IMG/VR virus record: IMGVR_UViG_3300025012_000027
Coordinates: 1-64,000 of that record
Strand: one strand, 5' to 3'
Length of the DNA: 64,000 nucleotides
The notes under the pieces: generated by a model
What the model was told of the DNA's origin: nothing
The model's input: the letters and a program-made list of their open reading frames with translations, nothing else
Databases searched by the model: none
Part shown: positions 25,728 through 35,816 of the stretch, one piece after another
Layout of the letters: every line of letters begins with the position of its first letter
How positions within the stretch are numbered: position 1 is the stretch's first letter
Position numbers and translations under genes: made by a program

Positions 25728-27377
25728 ATGGCAAAGATCATATCCAAAGCAGATTTAGCAGTAGGTACCGAACTAACGATTAATACTACTAGCAAAATTA
25801 TTACGCTGAACGTAGCGGGGAATTTAGTTGCTAAGGACGGCGTGTCTTGGCAGGCTCTGTATTCAAAGTTCGTAGATTTATGGACAACGGCTGACTATAA
25901 CGAATTCCCATTCCCATTCTATGCACTTGACGTATTGTCTGGTCAATTCTTAATGGGGACTGATGGTGCTACGTATAACGGTTGGAAGTTCTCTGACGTA
26001 GACGCAAACGCATCTCGCGGATATATGCGAGACGGTGGTTGGTCTGAATATAATTCATCTGGGGTGCTTGCTAGACAATACACAGGTATTATTTCCCTGG
26101 GTTCTGTGTCGGCTGGTTCGCAGTTGTATTATCAAACAACGTCTAATGGCGCACCAACAAACTTCATATACGATGACGCTGCTAACCAAGGTGTGCAAGT
26201 ATATGGAGACGCAGTCGCCGACACTGATACCACTACATTCGACACTCGAACATTCTTTAAGGGCTTTGTTCGTGAATATGCGAAAAAGTATAAAGACTCT
26301 GTGTTGGCGGATACTGGTAAAACAGCTACCGGCGCGTATATCGTTAATTTACTGTTATCCAATGAAACCGACTTGGACATTACGGTAAACGACGCGGGTA
26401 TCACTGGATCGCCGTATTCAGCAATCAATGTGAAATATTTTCCATCAGCGTTCAACAAAGATATCGACGTTAGCGGAACCCCTAGAGCATTCGGTATTGT
26501 TGTAGACGTTGGCACCCACTCTGGCGTAGACGGTGCGGGCGCAAGCGCGGCTACTGCATTGACTTCCGCGGCAGCCGGCATCACGATCTCGGATTACTAT
26601 AACGGTACATTGACTATTCATAACGGGGCAGCAAAAGGCACGTATACGATTGATAGCAGCGGTGGGTCGGCAACTTCTGTACCGATAACAACCGGATTGT
26701 TGGGTATCGCATCGGGGGCATCGTTTACGTTACAGAGAGCAACCCCGATCACTGCATCACTACAGCAAATCTATACTAAGATTCAGTATCAAATTCGTCA
26801 GACAGGTAACATAAATGGACTGGCGTCGGCTGGAGCGATCGTTGGTAAAACAGCTACACAGCAATTGAACTTCGTGGGACCAGCACTTAACGCAGGTTTC
26901 TATGCTCCAGCAAATCCAAATGGTGGTGGCAGTGGTGTTACTATTCTTGGATATACTGCGAACGACGTTAACAGCTTCACCTCTTACGATAACACAGCGA
27001 CGGCTAGAAACTATCCATTCCAATCTGCTGGTGCATTGAACACCAATGCTAACCTGACACAAGGCAGCACTGGATACTATCGTATGTATTTTACTACCAA
27101 CCCAGCTGGTAATTATGGCACCGCAGATGCAGTGACCGTTAATGATGCTTCTGGCAATCCAATTGCGGGTACGATTACATCTAGCACGATCAATTTCACA
27201 TATGACTGGACGGGTAATGTTCAGGGTGGTCGAACTGGCGGTGTTGATGCAGCGGTTACTGTTGTTGCGGGGAATGCGGGTGTCGCGAAACCAGTTGTTG
27301 CGACAGGTTTATTAAATGCATCGAAAGCGATTTCAATTGCTGTTTCTGCAGAAACAGAACGCGCTTACTTAGCCTAA
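25728..27377 (+). CDS. Virion structural protein
   Basis: 549 aa, A/G/T-rich, late cluster. Confidence 0.6.
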   Translation: MAKIISKADLAVGTELTINTTSKIITLNVAGNLVAKDGVSWQALYSKFVDLWTTADYNEFPFPFYALDVLSGQFLMGTDGATYNGWKFSDVDANASRGYMRDGGWSEYNSSGVLARQYTGIISLGSVSAGSQLYYQTTSNGAPTNFIYDDAANQGVQVYGDAVADTDTTTFDTRTFFKGFVREYAKKYKDSVLADTGKTATGAYIVNLLLSNETDLDITVNDAGITGSPYSAINVKYFPSAFNKDIDVSGTPRAFGIVVDVGTHSGVDGAGASAATALTSAAAGITISDYYNGTLTIHNGAAKGTYTIDSSGGSATSVPITTGLLGIASGASFTLQRATPITASLQQIYTKIQYQIRQTGNINGLASAGAIVGKTATQQLNFVGPALNAGFYAPANPNGGGSGVTILGYTANDVNSFTSYDNTATARNYPFQSAGALNTNANLTQGSTGYYRMYFTTNPAGNYGTADAVTVNDASGNPIAGTITSSTINFTYDWTGNVQGGRTGGVDAAVTVVAGNAGVAKPVVATGLLNASKAISIAVSAETERAYLA

Positions 27378-27427
27378 TATTGCCCATTAAATACATTTAT
27401 GTATATGTGAGAAGAAAAGGATAACTA

Positions 27428-28801
27428 ATGGCAACTAACAGCTTTGTCCGGGTTCCGCCGGACAGTACGGGAAAACGGTTACACGCATTAGCGCACACCG
27501 TGGACGCCACACCTGTCCATGTACAAACGTTCCATATGGCGGACCCAGATAACCCGGAAAACGCTGTTGCTGTTGATGTGCGAGGAGCCGCATCTATAAG
27601 ATTCTCAGAAGGTCAACCAACTCTTAGTGGGTTTGGTGGACTGAACGTTACCCAAGGATGTGCGCTTGGCGTATATGAGTCTTCATCTGGGAGTTATGAC
27701 GCACTATTTTCTATCAATACTGTGAGTGGTGGGACTAATGTTTACGATGATATAGGTCATAGCGTATTGCTTGGTACTTCTACTCTAAATGGTAGCGAAG
27801 TAACTCGAACGACTAATCGATATCACTATTATCTACCAGGATCGGCCAACATCGCAATCTTTACGGCATCTTGCGGTGATACTGGCAAAGCTGGAAACGC
27901 CAGACGATGGGGAGCTTTTGATGATAACGATGGCATATTCTTTGAATTGTATGAATCAACCATCAATGCAGTAATTCGGTCCAGCACCACTGGTGCTGTA
28001 GTTGAAGTAAAAGTTCCGAAAGGATCTTGGAACTCCGATCCACTAGACGGTACCGGTCCCAGTGGGATGATTCTTGATATTACGAAGGTCAATTTGTGGT
28101 GGATTGACTACCAGTGGTTAGGTGCTGGTAGAGTTCGATTTGGCGTATTCGCGCCTGATGGGTCTCGCGTGACTTGCCATTATGTAGCAAATGGCGGAGA
28201 ACATGACGTGCCGTATATGAGAGCCGGCACTCTGCCGCTACGAACTCAAAATATAAATTTTGCCGGGACGGGATCTACATCCCAGTTGCGCGAAGTTTGT
28301 ATGGCGATGTATTCGGAAGGAAAATATGATGATTGGACATTCTGGAGAGCATCTGACCTAGATGCAACGAATGTAACAGTTGGGGCCACCGATACGCTAT
28401 TGTTTGCTGTCAGATCTAAATTGACAGCTCCTGGATTAAATCATCACAATAACGTCATCGCCTATCCAGAAACATTAAATGTGTATTGCGATCAACCGTT
28501 CAGATTAGACATAACTCAAGATGTTACTGCGACAGGCGGCACCTGGAATGTAACCAATGGCGATGTAACAATTGAAGGTAGTCTGGATACAGTTATAACA
28601 GATTCGGGAACACCATTTAAAACTATTTTCTTTGGCCCAGGTACCCATTCCATGGATTTGACTAGCTTCTTTGAAATCAATGATGAAGGTATCGGTTTGA
28701 ATGCAGATTCAACTCAAGAAGTTTGGGCATTCACTGGTAAGCGTCTTTCCGGGACTAATTCAAACGTAACTGTGAACCTGGGCTATAAGGAACTCTGGTA
28801 A
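27428..28801 (+). CDS. Virion structural protein (lectin/jelly-roll-like)
   Basis: TAAATA 27388; IDYQWLGAGRVRFG motif common in phage fibre/structural proteins. Confidence 0.6.
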   Translation: MATNSFVRVPPDSTGKRLHALAHTVDATPVHVQTFHMADPDNPENAVAVDVRGAASIRFSEGQPTLSGFGGLNVTQGCALGVYESSSGSYDALFSINTVSGGTNVYDDIGHSVLLGTSTLNGSEVTRTTNRYHYYLPGSANIAIFTASCGDTGKAGNARRWGAFDDNDGIFFELYESTINAVIRSSTTGAVVEVKVPKGSWNSDPLDGTGPSGMILDITKVNLWWIDYQWLGAGRVRFGVFAPDGSRVTCHYVANGGEHDVPYMRAGTLPLRTQNINFAGTGSTSQLREVCMAMYSEGKYDDWTFWRASDLDATNVTVGATDTLLFAVRSKLTAPGLNHHNNVIAYPETLNVYCDQPFRLDITQDVTATGGTWNVTNGDVTIEGSLDTVITDSGTPFKTIFFGPGTHSMDLTSFFEINDEGIGLNADSTQEVWAFTGKRLSGTNSNVTVNLGYKELW

Positions 28802-29478
28802 TGTCTGCTCTTATATGGGGCGCTTGGGGTATAGAGTGGGAACTTGATGAGAAAGTGTCTTTCGATGGAGAGATGCGCGAAATCCACGTGCACGATCATG
28901 CGGGGTCATTAGACATCCGGTCAGACCTATATTCGGCTTGGGTTAGATGGTCTGAACGCGAATCATGGGCATTACCCGCCATTAGATACGCTGGATTGGA
29001 TCCTATTCCTGGAGGATTCACGGGCGATATTTACTTCTTGATCAATGGTTGGAAGGTAATCGTTAACTTGAGTCTGGTTGCGGTGTCCGGGGTGCTATAT
29101 TCAGATGACTATACCACAGCATATTATACTGATGATATGATGCCGCAATATCCGGCAACGGTTTCCTCATTGGTTAATTTAGCAGTAACTACTCAGAATG
29201 TAGTTACTGGCGATATATCATCCATACCTCAAGCAGCATCTCCTGTTGATATAGCAACCGAAGTGAGAACGAATCTGACTCCTGAATTAAATAAAATCAA
29301 TGCTCAGGTAGATGGTTTGACCGCCTCGCAGCAAACCATGCTAATCGAGATGTTTAAGTTGTTTGGCCTCGACCCAACAGTTCCTCTCGTTGTCACGGAT
29401 ACGGTGCGACAAGCAGGTCCTACGATTAATCAGACTATTCAGTCAACGGCAAATCAAACGATTGTTACGAGAATATAA
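28801..29478 (+). CDS. Probable structural protein
   Basis: DLYSAWVRW..YFLINGW, similar to the N-terminus of 25728; translationally coupled. Confidence 0.55.
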   Translation: MSALIWGAWGIEWELDEKVSFDGEMREIHVHDHAGSLDIRSDLYSAWVRWSERESWALPAIRYAGLDPIPGGFTGDIYFLINGWKVIVNLSLVAVSGVLYSDDYTTAYYTDDMMPQYPATVSSLVNLAVTTQNVVTGDISSIPQAASPVDIATEVRTNLTPELNKINAQVDGLTASQQTMLIEMFKLFGLDPTVPLVVTDTVRQAGPTINQTIQSTANQTIVTRI

Positions 29479-29834
29479 TGTTTAGGAAGCATTATAATAT
29501 TGCTGTAGATGGAATTCGTGCCGGGCACAGAATGATTGCCAAATTAGGATTTGGCTTCCAGATAGAAATAATAGTTACGTCTCCTGAGGTATCAGGCGGT
29601 GGGGGTGGCTGGTACCCTCCATACCCACAGCCGTTTCAAGTAACGGTTAAGATTACTCGTAAAGAAAAGGTGTGGCAACAATCGTTTAGTGCGAGTGAAT
29701 TTACTGCTAAATCTGTCGAGAAAATTGTACTTACATTGAAAAGCATTAACCGAGCATACGATTACATTACATTCAGTATAAGCAAGCCGTTCATAAATAT
29801 TAAAAAGATAGTCGTCGGCGTATTCAAAAAATAA
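29478..29834 (+). CDS. Hypothetical protein
   Basis: Coupled ORF with GGGGG/PPYP linker. Confidence 0.6.
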   Translation: MFRKHYNIAVDGIRAGHRMIAKLGFGFQIEIIVTSPEVSGGGGGWYPPYPQPFQVTVKITRKEKVWQQSFSASEFTAKSVEKIVLTLKSINRAYDYITFSISKPFINIKKIVVGVFKK

Positions 29835-29851
29835 TTTAGAGAGAATCCACT

Positions 29852-30517
29852 ATGTTACTAGGCAAACTTGAACTTAATGAGTCACAGACAATAAACTTCG
29901 GCATAGATGTTTTTGGTACGTCTCAGCAACCATCGTCGATTCGATTCATCATCGAAGGAGCTGAGTTTGACATTGTATGCAGATGCAAGCAAGTCGATGG
30001 CGATCTCGAAGTTATCATTCCGAAACTAAAGGGAATTCTAGAGTCAAAAGAATACTCCACTCGTTTAGAAGTAGTAATAGGGGACAAGTTATTCGTTCCT
30101 CTACGAGAATCTGTGGAATTCAATCCATTAGTTGAATTCGGGGTAAAAAAGAAAGACATTAAACGGGCCGAATCAGCATCTATAAAAGTCAATGCTAAAT
30201 TGCATGAATCATCGGCTGAAGATCGCCGGTACGCTGAGCGTCGTGTGACTGTCAACTTTAATGCTGTATCAGAAGACCGTCGCAAAGCAGACCGTCGATC
30301 TGCGGTTAAAGTAAATGCCGTTTCGTCTGGTAAGAGAAACTCTCTACAAGAAAACATTTCAAAGATGTCTAACAAATACGAGATCAGAACTATCAAAGGG
30401 TTCAACGTATTGTGCAAGGACGACAAGTATTATGGGTTTGTTTCTGAACAAAACATCGTAGAGTCAAAGATTGGATATCACAATCTAGCTGAATTAGTTG
30501 ATTCACTTTCAAACTAA
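29852..30517 (+). CDS. Hypothetical protein with duplicated EDRRxxxRR segment
   Basis: TAAATA 29794; LEVVIGDKLFVP motif. Confidence 0.65.
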   Translation: MLLGKLELNESQTINFGIDVFGTSQQPSSIRFIIEGAEFDIVCRCKQVDGDLEVIIPKLKGILESKEYSTRLEVVIGDKLFVPLRESVEFNPLVEFGVKKKDIKRAESASIKVNAKLHESSAEDRRYAERRVTVNFNAVSEDRRKADRRSAVKVNAVSSGKRNSLQENISKMSNKYEIRTIKGFNVLCKDDKYYGFVSEQNIVESKIGYHNLAELVDSLSN

Positions 30518-30592
30518 TACTCATCATGCAATATTCTATGTCATGCAACTTTATCAATCGTAAATATACGATAATATCATTAAAGATGTACT

Positions 30593-32428
30593 ATGGCATA
30601 TTCAATCAGAAAACAGTTTCACTCTTCAATTGCTAATACGGTTTTAACCGACATACAGTTTCATCGAGATTCGTATTACTACTTTTTAGGTAAGCTGACC
30701 CCATGGGGCACCCTCGACGAACCGAGTGATACGCCTCCAGCACTAACGTCAGCTGTTGATATGGACGTTAGGAACGGTATAGCGTTCTTCAAGCAAATAA
30801 CGGCCAATGATGTTTCTCTAATGGTCAGCCGTAATGATTGGGTATCGGGTACGGTGTACAGTCAATGGGACGATACTGTAGATATGGAGGAACTACCGTT
30901 TTTCGTATTAACGTCCAACAATCAAGTGTTCAAATGTTTGTTCAATAATCATGGTGCTGCTTCAACATCCATGCCTAACATTGCGTCATATTCGCCGTTA
31001 GTAACCGCTGACGGATATATTTGGAAGTATATGTACTCTATCCCAGAGTTCAAACATAATAAGTTTTCTAACGAAACGCTAATTCCTGTGCAGACGACAT
31101 TATCAGATGGGTTTTATGATCCCGGCGCAGTAGATGCTATTGCTATATCTGATTCGGGGAGCGGATACACTGACAGTCTTTTGACATATATCACGGTGTC
31201 TGCGGCATCTGGGTCTGGTGCGATTCTAGTTCCAAAGATATCAGCAGATACAGGTTCGATAATTGGAGTGACAATTGTTAACGGTGGTACTGGGTATGAT
31301 CCACTTGCGCTGCCGCTTGTCGAGGTCCAGGTACTGGCAGGTCAAACTCCTGGAACCAATCTATACCCAGAAAATATAAGCATAGGAACTGCTATACTAT
31401 CCCCGGTTGTTTCCGAGGGGGTTATAAAGTCAGTTTCTATTATAGATCCAGGTATAGACTATCCTCACGAAAATACTACTGTTATATCGGTTGTTGGTGA
31501 TGGGACTGGGATGATATTGCGTCCGGTAGTTTATGCTGGTATGTTAGTTGATGCTATAATTGACGCGGCCGGTACTGGATACACCTTTGCAAATATAACG
31601 GTGAGTGGGGTAGGCTCTGGTGCATCGGTATATGCTATATTCGCATCGTCAGATTTAGTATCTGATCAGAATGTAGTCGAACAGTCTGCTATATCGGGGG
31701 CCATATATGCGGCGAATGTTATAACCCCGGGTACAGGGTACACAAATACTACGACAGTAAGCATTACAGGTGATGGCACAGGCGCAACGGCGACCGCCAC
31801 CGTTTCTGGAGGATCCATTACTGCAATTGATATAACCAGTTATGGATATGGATACACATATGCCAATATTGCCTTTTCGGATGTGAATCGCATAGGCACG
31901 TTTATTGACGCGACAGCATATGCTATTCTACCACCAATTGGTGGCCATGGCGCAATGGCTATTCGGGAATTATATGGTAGAATTCTCGCGGCTGTGAGTT
32001 CTGTCCGAGTTTCTACTATCGTGCCAAATTCTGAACAGGACTGGCACCAATATGGGCTCATTAAAAAGCCCAGAAACCTGTATAGCAATACTGTAGCGAC
32101 GGTGGGCGTTGATACTGCTACGTATGAAGTAGTATTCGATACTGTATCTAATTTGGCGTTGGATCAAACCTTGTTGTTGGATGGCAAGTATCCGTATACG
32201 GTTAGCTTTATTTCTGGTAACAATGTGTTTCTTCAGGCCAATCATACCGCTCAAATTGACCCAATAGGTAATTTAGCTAATGGTCCAAACGCATATGTAT
32301 CTACAAGCGTCGTCACAAGGCCTACTATAAATAAGTATAGCGGAGATCTATTATTCGTATCAAATGAACTACCGTTCCTTTTTTCCGAATCTCAAGGTCT
32401 AACGATTAAAACCTACATAACATTCTAA
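30593..32428 (+). CDS. gp8: Baseplate wedge subunit gp8-like
   Basis: RNDWVSGTVYSQWDD, FFVLTSNNQVFKCLFNN, TADGYIWKYMYSI, INKYSGDLLF; TAAATA 30561. Confidence 0.85.
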   Translation: MAYSIRKQFHSSIANTVLTDIQFHRDSYYYFLGKLTPWGTLDEPSDTPPALTSAVDMDVRNGIAFFKQITANDVSLMVSRNDWVSGTVYSQWDDTVDMEELPFFVLTSNNQVFKCLFNNHGAASTSMPNIASYSPLVTADGYIWKYMYSIPEFKHNKFSNETLIPVQTTLSDGFYDPGAVDAIAISDSGSGYTDSLLTYITVSAASGSGAILVPKISADTGSIIGVTIVNGGTGYDPLALPLVEVQVLAGQTPGTNLYPENISIGTAILSPVVSEGVIKSVSIIDPGIDYPHENTTVISVVGDGTGMILRPVVYAGMLVDAIIDAAGTGYTFANITVSGVGSGASVYAIFASSDLVSDQNVVEQSAISGAIYAANVITPGTGYTNTTTVSITGDGTGATATATVSGGSITAIDITSYGYGYTYANIAFSDVNRIGTFIDATAYAILPPIGGHGAMAIRELYGRILAAVSSVRVSTIVPNSEQDWHQYGLIKKPRNLYSNTVATVGVDTATYEVVFDTVSNLALDQTLLLDGKYPYTVSFISGNNVFLQANHTAQIDPIGNLANGPNAYVSTSVVTRPTINKYSGDLLFVSNELPFLFSESQGLTIKTYITF

Positions 32429-32429
32429 A

Positions 32430-35400
32430 ATGACTATCAACCGTAACACAAACCCATACTTCGATGATTTCGATGATACAAAGAACTATCATCAGATTTT
32501 GTTCAAACCTGGGTACCCGGTACAGGCTCGAGAACTAACTCAAACCCAAAGCATATTACAGAATCAGATATCGAAACTGGGTGATAGTATCTACCAGCAA
32601 GGTTCCATCGTAATCCCCGGAAATTCTAGAGGCGATCTCAACGTACCGTATCTGAAGGTTGAAACAACATACAATAGTGTTGAACTAGATCTTTCACTAT
32701 TCGACAACAATATTATTGTTGGTGCGACATCGGGGGTGAAGGCGATTGTCAAGAAGACTGTCCAGAATACGGTTACTGACCCAACAACCTTCTATCTTGC
32801 ATATACATCAGCCGGTGTTGTTAGCGGTGTTCCTAATGGAAAATTAGAGTTTGATGTTGGTGAAGATGTATATGTGGAAACAAATCCTTCGGTTATAGCA
32901 ACTGTTAAATCAGATGTTGGGTCTACAGGTGTAGGATCGATGGCATATGTTAACCAAGGCGTCTATTATGTAAATGGATATTTCGTGACGGTAAACACGC
33001 AGTCGATTGTTATCTCGAAGTATGACAACCTACCATCATGCAAAGTGTTGTTGCAGATTGTTGAATCGTTAGTCGACTATACTGAAGATGGTTCGTTGTT
33101 AGATCCAGCCCAAGGTTCGTATAACTTTGCGGCACCTGGCGCTGATAGATATAAGATTGACCTGGTATTGACTTCGCTAGCATATGATGCCGCGATTTCT
33201 GATAACTATGTCGAGATTATGAGATATAATGCAGGCGTACTTGAAGAGCATAGTACATATCCGAAATATAGTGAGCTTGAAAAATCTCTTGCTCGTAGAA
33301 CTCATGATGAATCTGGCAACTATGTTGTAAATGGTTTGAGTGGCGACATCCGTGAAGCCAAGAAAATTGGAAACAACGGTGGATTCTCCGAATCTGAAGA
33401 TATTGACGATTTTGCAGTAACAGTCAATCCCGGCAAGGCATACATAAACGGTTTCGAGGTTCGTAGGTTGGCAGGCACTACGTTGATCCAACCTAAAGCC
33501 AGAACAGACATTCACGTTAAGACAAAGACAATAAATACTCGTCCAGAATACGGTCGATATATTCTTATCAGTAATGTGACAAATGGACCGTCTATCGCAA
33601 CTCGCGAAATCGTTTCATTCTTAAACACCTCGGGCGCAGGTCCAACTACGATTGGGTCAGCGAGAGTTTTAGCGATTGATTACGAAACGGGCGATCCTGC
33701 ATTACCATCGTGTGTGTATAAATTGTATGTGACTGATGTGAAATATACATCGACCGCATATTCATCAGTTAATGTTGGTGGGTTGACATTCTCAGGTGGA
33801 ACTGCATATGTCGTCCAGAAACTAACGACGAATCTGACTGCCGGTACATATAATATCGGTGATATCGTGAACAGCGACGCGGGTGTTAGAACTGCAACTG
33901 TTGATTACTGGAATCCTAGTACTGGTACGCTGTATGTGCATAAACACGCAGCTGCATCTGATACCCCTCTAATCGGCGATCAACTTATAGACGCAACTAC
34001 CAGTGCAACGAGCGTTGTTAAAGGTAAGCAAGCATACTTCGGTGTTGCTCAGAATTCAACGGTTTTCACACTACCTGTTGAAACACCTAAGTCGTTGAAG
34101 AATTCGGGTAATGTCTATGACTGCGTATATTCCGTACAGAAACAACTGACTATAACAACGAACGGTTCTGGAGCAGGTTCTGTCACTATCGGCGACGGTA
34201 CGTTTGAAACGCCGGCAGCGGGAACATTCGTTGCTCTGTCCAGTACGAGTTCAGTAAGCCCTACCCTGTTCACATTATCCGGGTCTAATAATGTGCTGAA
34301 TATAGCAGGCGGGCCATTATCGTCGATCATATACATCTATGCGACCGTGACTAAGACAGCTCTTGCACCAAGAACAAAAACATTGACTACTGTTAATAGT
34401 GAAGCATATGTCGTCGGATCAAGTGTAACATCAATCACTCTAACTAAGAGTGACATATACCGCATAACATTGATACAAATGGGTGGGGCTGATGTAACGA
34501 ATCAATATGTGCTAGACAACGGACAGACTGACTATGGCTATTACAAAGGCAAATTGTCGCTTAAAACGGCAGGCGTAATCCCAGAAGGCACTCTAGATGT
34601 AACATACGAGTATTTTGCTCACACCGCCGGTGATTACTTCAGCATAGACTCGTATTCAGGTAATGCGAATTATCTAGACCTGATCGTTAATTATCGCAAT
34701 GCTTCGGGTACGGTATTCAATCTGCTAAATTGCATTGACGCCAGACCGACGGTTGGATCGGCTGGGACTTTCGATGGCGGAACCGGCGCTATCGTAGGCG
34801 ATATGCTAGTCAGCGCAGAGCTATACACCAGTTCGGTACAATATTTCGTACCTAGATATGATGTATTGACCATCAACAAAGATGCCGTGGTATCAGTCGT
34901 CACAGGTACTCCTGACGACTCCCCCGTAATACCAGAGACATCCGAAGGTACTGTTGCTCTCGAGACATATTTTGTTCCGGCATATACGAAGCAAGTTTCT
35001 GCAATTAAGAAAACTAGAAACTTAGTTGATCGATACACTATGAATGGAATAGCTAAGTTAGAACAACGAGTTGCTAGACTAGAAGTATTCTCTACGCTGT
35101 CCCAAGCAGAATCGTCTACTATACATTTTGAGGTTGTAGATCCAGCGACTGGTATTTCTAGATTCAAAACTGGATATCTAGTTGAAAACTTTACATCCCC
35201 ATTCACAATAGGTGATATCGGAAACCCAGATTTTGGGGTATCGTTTGATTATAGTACGCTGAACAGCGGATTAGAACGTATGGAATGTTCTACGACGGTG
35301 TTACCATCTTCTGGACACTATGTCAATGTCGATGGTATGTATATGTTGCCATACACAGAAGTGACGTTTGCATCCCAGCCGCTAAGTTCTAGAGTCACTA

Positions 35401-35720
35401 ATCTAAATCCATTCCTGATGATTACATGGGATGGATCTATGAACGTGACACCATCAGCTGATAACTGGATCGATATCCTGGATCTTCCTACAGTATTCAA
35501 TGAAATTCAAGAACCAGATGTCAACCTAATAAACTGGGTACCGTCTCCAGTATCGGCTCCGGCTATACCGCAAACGAATTTGCCCGTAACGGCGCCAAGC
35601 ACAGGAGGTTCAGCTACAACACAACCACTGACCGTTGTTCGCTGGTTGGGTGCTGACTCTGGATGGTTATATTCTGACGGAACCACGTCTGGCGGATTTG
35701 GTGGTGGCAGCAGTGCGTAA
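32430..35720 (+). CDS. VrlC-like (DUF4815) virion protein, N-terminal part
   Basis: NPYFDDFD..YHQILFKPGYPVQARELTQ, APGADR, LARRTHDESGNY, RFKTGYLVENF. Confidence 0.8.
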   Translation: MTINRNTNPYFDDFDDTKNYHQILFKPGYPVQARELTQTQSILQNQISKLGDSIYQQGSIVIPGNSRGDLNVPYLKVETTYNSVELDLSLFDNNIIVGATSGVKAIVKKTVQNTVTDPTTFYLAYTSAGVVSGVPNGKLEFDVGEDVYVETNPSVIATVKSDVGSTGVGSMAYVNQGVYYVNGYFVTVNTQSIVISKYDNLPSCKVLLQIVESLVDYTEDGSLLDPAQGSYNFAAPGADRYKIDLVLTSLAYDAAISDNYVEIMRYNAGVLEEHSTYPKYSELEKSLARRTHDESGNYVVNGLSGDIREAKKIGNNGGFSESEDIDDFAVTVNPGKAYINGFEVRRLAGTTLIQPKARTDIHVKTKTINTRPEYGRYILISNVTNGPSIATREIVSFLNTSGAGPTTIGSARVLAIDYETGDPALPSCVYKLYVTDVKYTSTAYSSVNVGGLTFSGGTAYVVQKLTTNLTAGTYNIGDIVNSDAGVRTATVDYWNPSTGTLYVHKHAAASDTPLIGDQLIDATTSATSVVKGKQAYFGVAQNSTVFTLPVETPKSLKNSGNVYDCVYSVQKQLTITTNGSGAGSVTIGDGTFETPAAGTFVALSSTSSVSPTLFTLSGSNNVLNIAGGPLSSIIYIYATVTKTALAPRTKTLTTVNSEAYVVGSSVTSITLTKSDIYRITLIQMGGADVTNQYVLDNGQTDYGYYKGKLSLKTAGVIPEGTLDVTYEYFAHTAGDYFSIDSYSGNANYLDLIVNYRNASGTVFNLLNCIDARPTVGSAGTFDGGTGAIVGDMLVSAELYTSSVQYFVPRYDVLTINKDAVVSVVTGTPDDSPVIPETSEGTVALETYFVPAYTKQVSAIKKTRNLVDRYTMNGIAKLEQRVARLEVFSTLSQAESSTIHFEVVDPATGISRFKTGYLVENFTSPFTIGDIGNPDFGVSFDYSTLNSGLERMECSTTVLPSSGHYVNVDGMYMLPYTEVTFASQPLSSRVTNLNPFLMITWDGSMNVTPSADNWIDILDLPTVFNEIQEPDVNLINWVPSPVSAPAIPQTNLPVTAPSTGGSATTQPLTVVRWLGADSGWLYSDGTTSGGFGGGSSA

Positions 35721-35816
35721 CACATCTATTTTATGCGGTGTAAATATATCGAGTATATTCGAAGGTATGTCTGACATCAATACACTCGAAATATAATATC
35801 AAGGAATCCCTAAAAC

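Noticed and set aside
35721-35816. Group I intron or intein interrupting vrlC
   Set aside because: Only 96 nt, carries its own late promoter and SD-like AAGGA, and no intron core motifs were recognised
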